From Candidatus Aminicenantes bacterium (GTDB lineage: Bacteria; Acidobacteriota; Aminicenantia; Aminicenantales; Saccharicenantaceae): a DNA stretch of 64,000 nucleotides. The stretch spans positions 534,952 through 598,951 of the forward strand of contig CAVSEQ010000005.1 in assembly GCA_963727095.1 (NCBI GenBank). The letters run 5' to 3'. The notes under the pieces were generated by a model that was not told where the DNA came from, did not search any database, and worked only from the letters and a program-made list of their open reading frames with translations. Every line of letters starts with the position of its first letter. Positions within the stretch are counted from its first letter, which is position 1. The translations under genes were made by a program, and so were the position numbers. Of this stretch, positions 63,096-64,000 are shown piece by piece.

Positions 63096-63442
63096 TTTTT
63101 CTTTTTGGTTTCGTCGTCCCCCGCCGGCTCCGGGACTTCATTCACTTTGTAGAGGTACCGGATATTGCTCTTATAGATGAGCAGGTTGGGGGCGTTGTCG
63201 CGATTCAGCTTGATGCAATTCCTGTCGTACCACTCGATGTACCCTTCGGCCACTTCGCCGTCGATGAAAACGACGCCCATGGGGGTCTTCTTATTCATCT
63301 GCTTGAGGTAGTAGTAGTTTTCGGCGAACGTGTCCGTGGGCGGGTGCATCTTCCGGTGCGCCGCTTCCTTTTCCCTTTCTTTGTCCAGGCTCATTCTCTC
63401 TTTGATCTCGGAAAGATCAGGCCGGATGAGTTTCCTGTTCAT
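63092..63442 (-). CDS. hfq: Hfq-like (Sm-fold) protein
   Basis: YLKQM..KTPM.V...DG....GYIEWYD...LLIYKSNI. Confidence 0.75.
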   Translation of the reverse strand: MNRKLIRPDLSEIKERMSLDKEREKEAAHRKMHPPTDTFAENYYYLKQMNKKTPMGVVFIDGEVAEGYIEWYDRNCIKLNRDNAPNLLIYKSNIRYLYKVNEVPEPAGDDETKKKK

Positions 63443-63493
63443 AGGGTCCTCTCCAACGTTAAGGATGGGTAGGAGCTGCTGCCTTTGTTGTTT

Positions 63494-63522
63494 ATCCTAG
63501 CACGAATCCCGCAGGATTGCAA
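63494..63522 (-). promoter_or_regulatory. Sigma70 promoter for hfq-pdxA
   Basis: TTGCAA-17 bp-TAGGAT with extended TG. Confidence 0.6.
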
Positions 63523-63644
63523 GGCCGTTCGGACCGGCCGCAATCTTGAAACCGCCACGGAACTCCTTGATATGCAAGTTGTTACGCGCCACACAGGGCG
63601 GGGGACAACCGGCCGTGATCGATCACAGGAACGGCGCCCGCCGT

Positions 63645-64000
63645 TCACTTCTTCACGTAGTCGGAGAACGTAATGTTTTTGTTCTTAAGGCTGATGCCCA
63701 TAGACCGGTCAAGACCCGCCAGCGAAGCGTTGTAGGCGACGATCGCGTTGAGCTCGGAGATCCGGGCGGCGGAAAGGTCGCGCTGGTAGGAGAGAACCGT
63801 GTAGTTCGTGCTTTGTCCGACCCGGAATTTTTCCTGCTCGGTCGCGACCTTTTGCTCGGCGAGCTCGCGGGCCACTTTATAGGCGAGGATCCGCTTGAAG
63901 TTGGCTTCGACGTTGCGGACGGCATTCTTGATTTCAAGGAAAACCTGCGCCTGCTGGTTTTGGAGGGTGAGGACCGCCTGCTGGAGGGTGAGTTTAGCTT
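63645..64000 (-). CDS. TolC-family outer-membrane efflux protein (3' end only)
   Basis: EIKNAVRNV...ARELAEQK...EQEKFRVGQST...YQRDL..AR..E..A..YN. Confidence 0.8.
   Translation of the reverse strand, partial: AKLTLQQAVLTLQNQQAQVFLEIKNAVRNVEANFKRILAYKVARELAEQKVATEQEKFRVGQSTNYTVLSYQRDLSAARISELNAIVAYNASLAGLDRSMGISLKNKNITFSDYVKK

Overview
GC-rich bacterial core-genome window; gene content and protein style suggest Acidobacteriota, probably Aminicenantia/OP8 (inference). Left: M28 peptidase, satP, class I aldolase, an exported superoxide-reductase-like protein, rpiB, and a compact acpS-acs-ACP-kbl operon. Middle: MFS, SDR, Tat-exported CrtI-like flavoprotein, mntP, uvrA, a sigma54-driven DUF5658 + stand-alone Fis-HTH unit, recA-radC, tandem fadD, ogt, archaeal-type thyA, rlmB, accA-hisS-aspS, an 857-aa kinase-like membrane protein and an M16 peptidase pair. 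Right: manC-pmm, pyrG, bactofilin-parBA with a parS site inside mnmG, mnmE-jag-yidC-yidD-rnpA-rpmH (no adjacent dnaA), carD, smpB, pdxA, hfq-like, tolC-like. No rRNA, tRNA, CRISPR array or transposase was recognised. Best leads: (1) the carrier-protein-linked acetate ligase/Kbl operon; (2) a modular family of palindromic intergenic mosaics at five loci with covarying hairpins; (3) the kinase-like membrane protein. Three genes (fbaB, SDR, ogt) carry indels that may be assembly errors. All calls are from reading the sequence; no searches were run.
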